A stretch of DNA of 63,827 nucleotides, the filler included, from Folioceros fuciformis (lineage: Eukaryota), in NCBI GenBank assembly GCA_049999805.1. It is 22 parts of 22 records of this genome, joined end to end, with 100 filler letters (N's around TTAATTAATTAA, not from the genome) between each part and the next. Parts side by side here need not be neighbours in the genome. Positions count along the whole stretch, not along the records: positions 62,046 to 63,827 come from JBNGIO010000454.1; 21 more parts are not named here. One strand, written 5' to 3'. Below the pieces are notes generated by a model. The model worked only from the letters and a program-made list of their open reading frames with translations. It was not told the DNA's origin and did not search any database. Below, one piece after another: positions 62,434 through 63,827 of this stretch. The translations under genes and the position numbers were made by a program. Numbering within the stretch: position 1 is the stretch's first letter; every line of letters starts with the position of its first letter.

Positions 62434-63827
62434 CACGTTGAAAGACTATGAAAGGGGGACGCACTTGTGGATCATTTCCTGGAACGCGAGAGGTTTGGGG
62501 GGATGGTTGAAGACGGCTTCGAAGTGTAGAAGATTGAATCATCTGTTTGACGAGGAGGTTACTTGGGATGTTGTGTGCTTGCAGGAACATAAGCTCTCAA
62601 TGGAGCATATCTAGAAAGTGAAGAAAATCTTCCTTCCGGGTAGGACACAATGGGTGGCAACTAGAGCAGAGGATGCAAGAGGGGGAGAACGGTCGACCCA
62701 GCATGTGTCTGCGATCCGGGGAGGGGTGTCCATCACTGTTCACCTAGAACAAGCTCATAACATTCTAGAATCGGGGCAGGATGCGGGTGGAAGGTTTGTG
62801 TGGCTAGTGTTGCAGACACCACAGGGCCCCATCGGAATTTGCAACATTTATGCGCCTAACGCCGCCTCTTATAGGAGCAGTCTCTGCCATAGACTGGGAG
62901 ATCAGTTGGATGATCAGATCCCGTGGATGCTGACTGGTGACTTCAACTTTGTGGAAAGACGAGAAGACATTAGAGAAGATAGCCCAATTGATGTCCGGGC
63001 GGTACCTATGTCTTGGTAGGAGTTGAGGGATACGATCTTGGCGGTGCAGGACCCGTGGTTGGCCCTCCCAGCACACCGCCAACCTCAGTTCTTGATGTTC
63101 AGTTGGTCCAACCAACAACACCAGAGTTTGGGAGCGCGCAGATTGGATAGGTTCTATATTCCTTCATGATGGCTATCCTTTGTGCAGCCGTACAGTATTC
63201 TCGCTGGTACGATCACCACTACCCAATCAGTTTGCATTTGAGTCTTGCTCCTTACTCTCGTCATCAAAGGAGGCATAGGCAAAATTTTCGGATGAACACA
63301 CCCTTACTGAAGGTAAAAAGTGTATTTGATGATGTCAAGAACATCTGGCAGGGAGTCAAACAGGGACCAGAACATGCGGTGCTTAAATTGATGTGTGCTA
63401 ACAATGAAGCGACTAGGTATTTGAGGAGGCGAGGGGTTCAATGGGCAAAAGAGCAACGCCAACAAGAATGTTTCTTGAGGGAAGAGCTTTGCTGGTTACA
63501 AAGAGCTTGTGAAGACCGGGACTTCACAACTGAAGAAGAAGCCAGGAAAACTGAGGTGCAGTGCGATCTAGCCAAGTTGGAAGAGGACAGAGCTAGAGGC
63601 TGGTTTAAACGGGCCAAGGTTAAGTGGGTAAGGGAAGGAGACGGCCCTTTTAAATTCTTCTTCGATAAGGTGGCTTCTAACCGGCATATGACGCGAATTT
63701 CCACTCTTCTCGATGCACAAGGTGTGGTCCAAGACTCGCTAGAAGGTTTAAAAAAACTCATTACCTTGTTCTTTGTGGGGATTTTCACCAGTGTGGGGAA
63801 GATGGCTGGGTGGGAGCAGCTTTGGTC
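62434..63827 (+). mobile_element. L1/Tx1-type LINE ORF2 AP endonuclease and linker, with stops
   Basis: IISWNARGLG, DVVCLQEHK, GRFVWL, CNIYAPN, WMLTGDFN, RRLDRFY, DHYPI, RAKVKWVREGD. Confidence 0.92.

Overview
The window is not contiguous DNA. It is about 22 short contigs joined by N-TTAATTAATTAA-N linkers, so adjacency across a linker means nothing. Most contigs look like a compact non-seed land-plant nuclear genome (bryophyte/lycophyte-like: gene-dense, introns mostly 80-150 bp; host identity is an inference). Host genes are CDC123, nuclear PsbTn, a long coiled-coil tail-anchored protein ending in a plant KASH-type PLPT motif, a METTL21-like lysine methyltransferase, a ZGRF1 orthologue with an apparently dead and truncated helicase, pinin, and a chloroplast RNP with a tandem S/Y/G/Q repeat. 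The rest is mostly nested retroelement debris: Ty3/Gypsy, Ty1/Copia, L1, CRE-type RLE elements and an I/Tad1-like LINE end. Two contigs carry an extreme fungal RIP signature, which points to a co-sequenced ascomycete. The most striking object is a Ty3/Gypsy pol (30785-32902, minus strand) with a complete DNMT3-like C5 cytosine methyltransferase domain between the protease and the reverse transcriptase, in frame with the protease.
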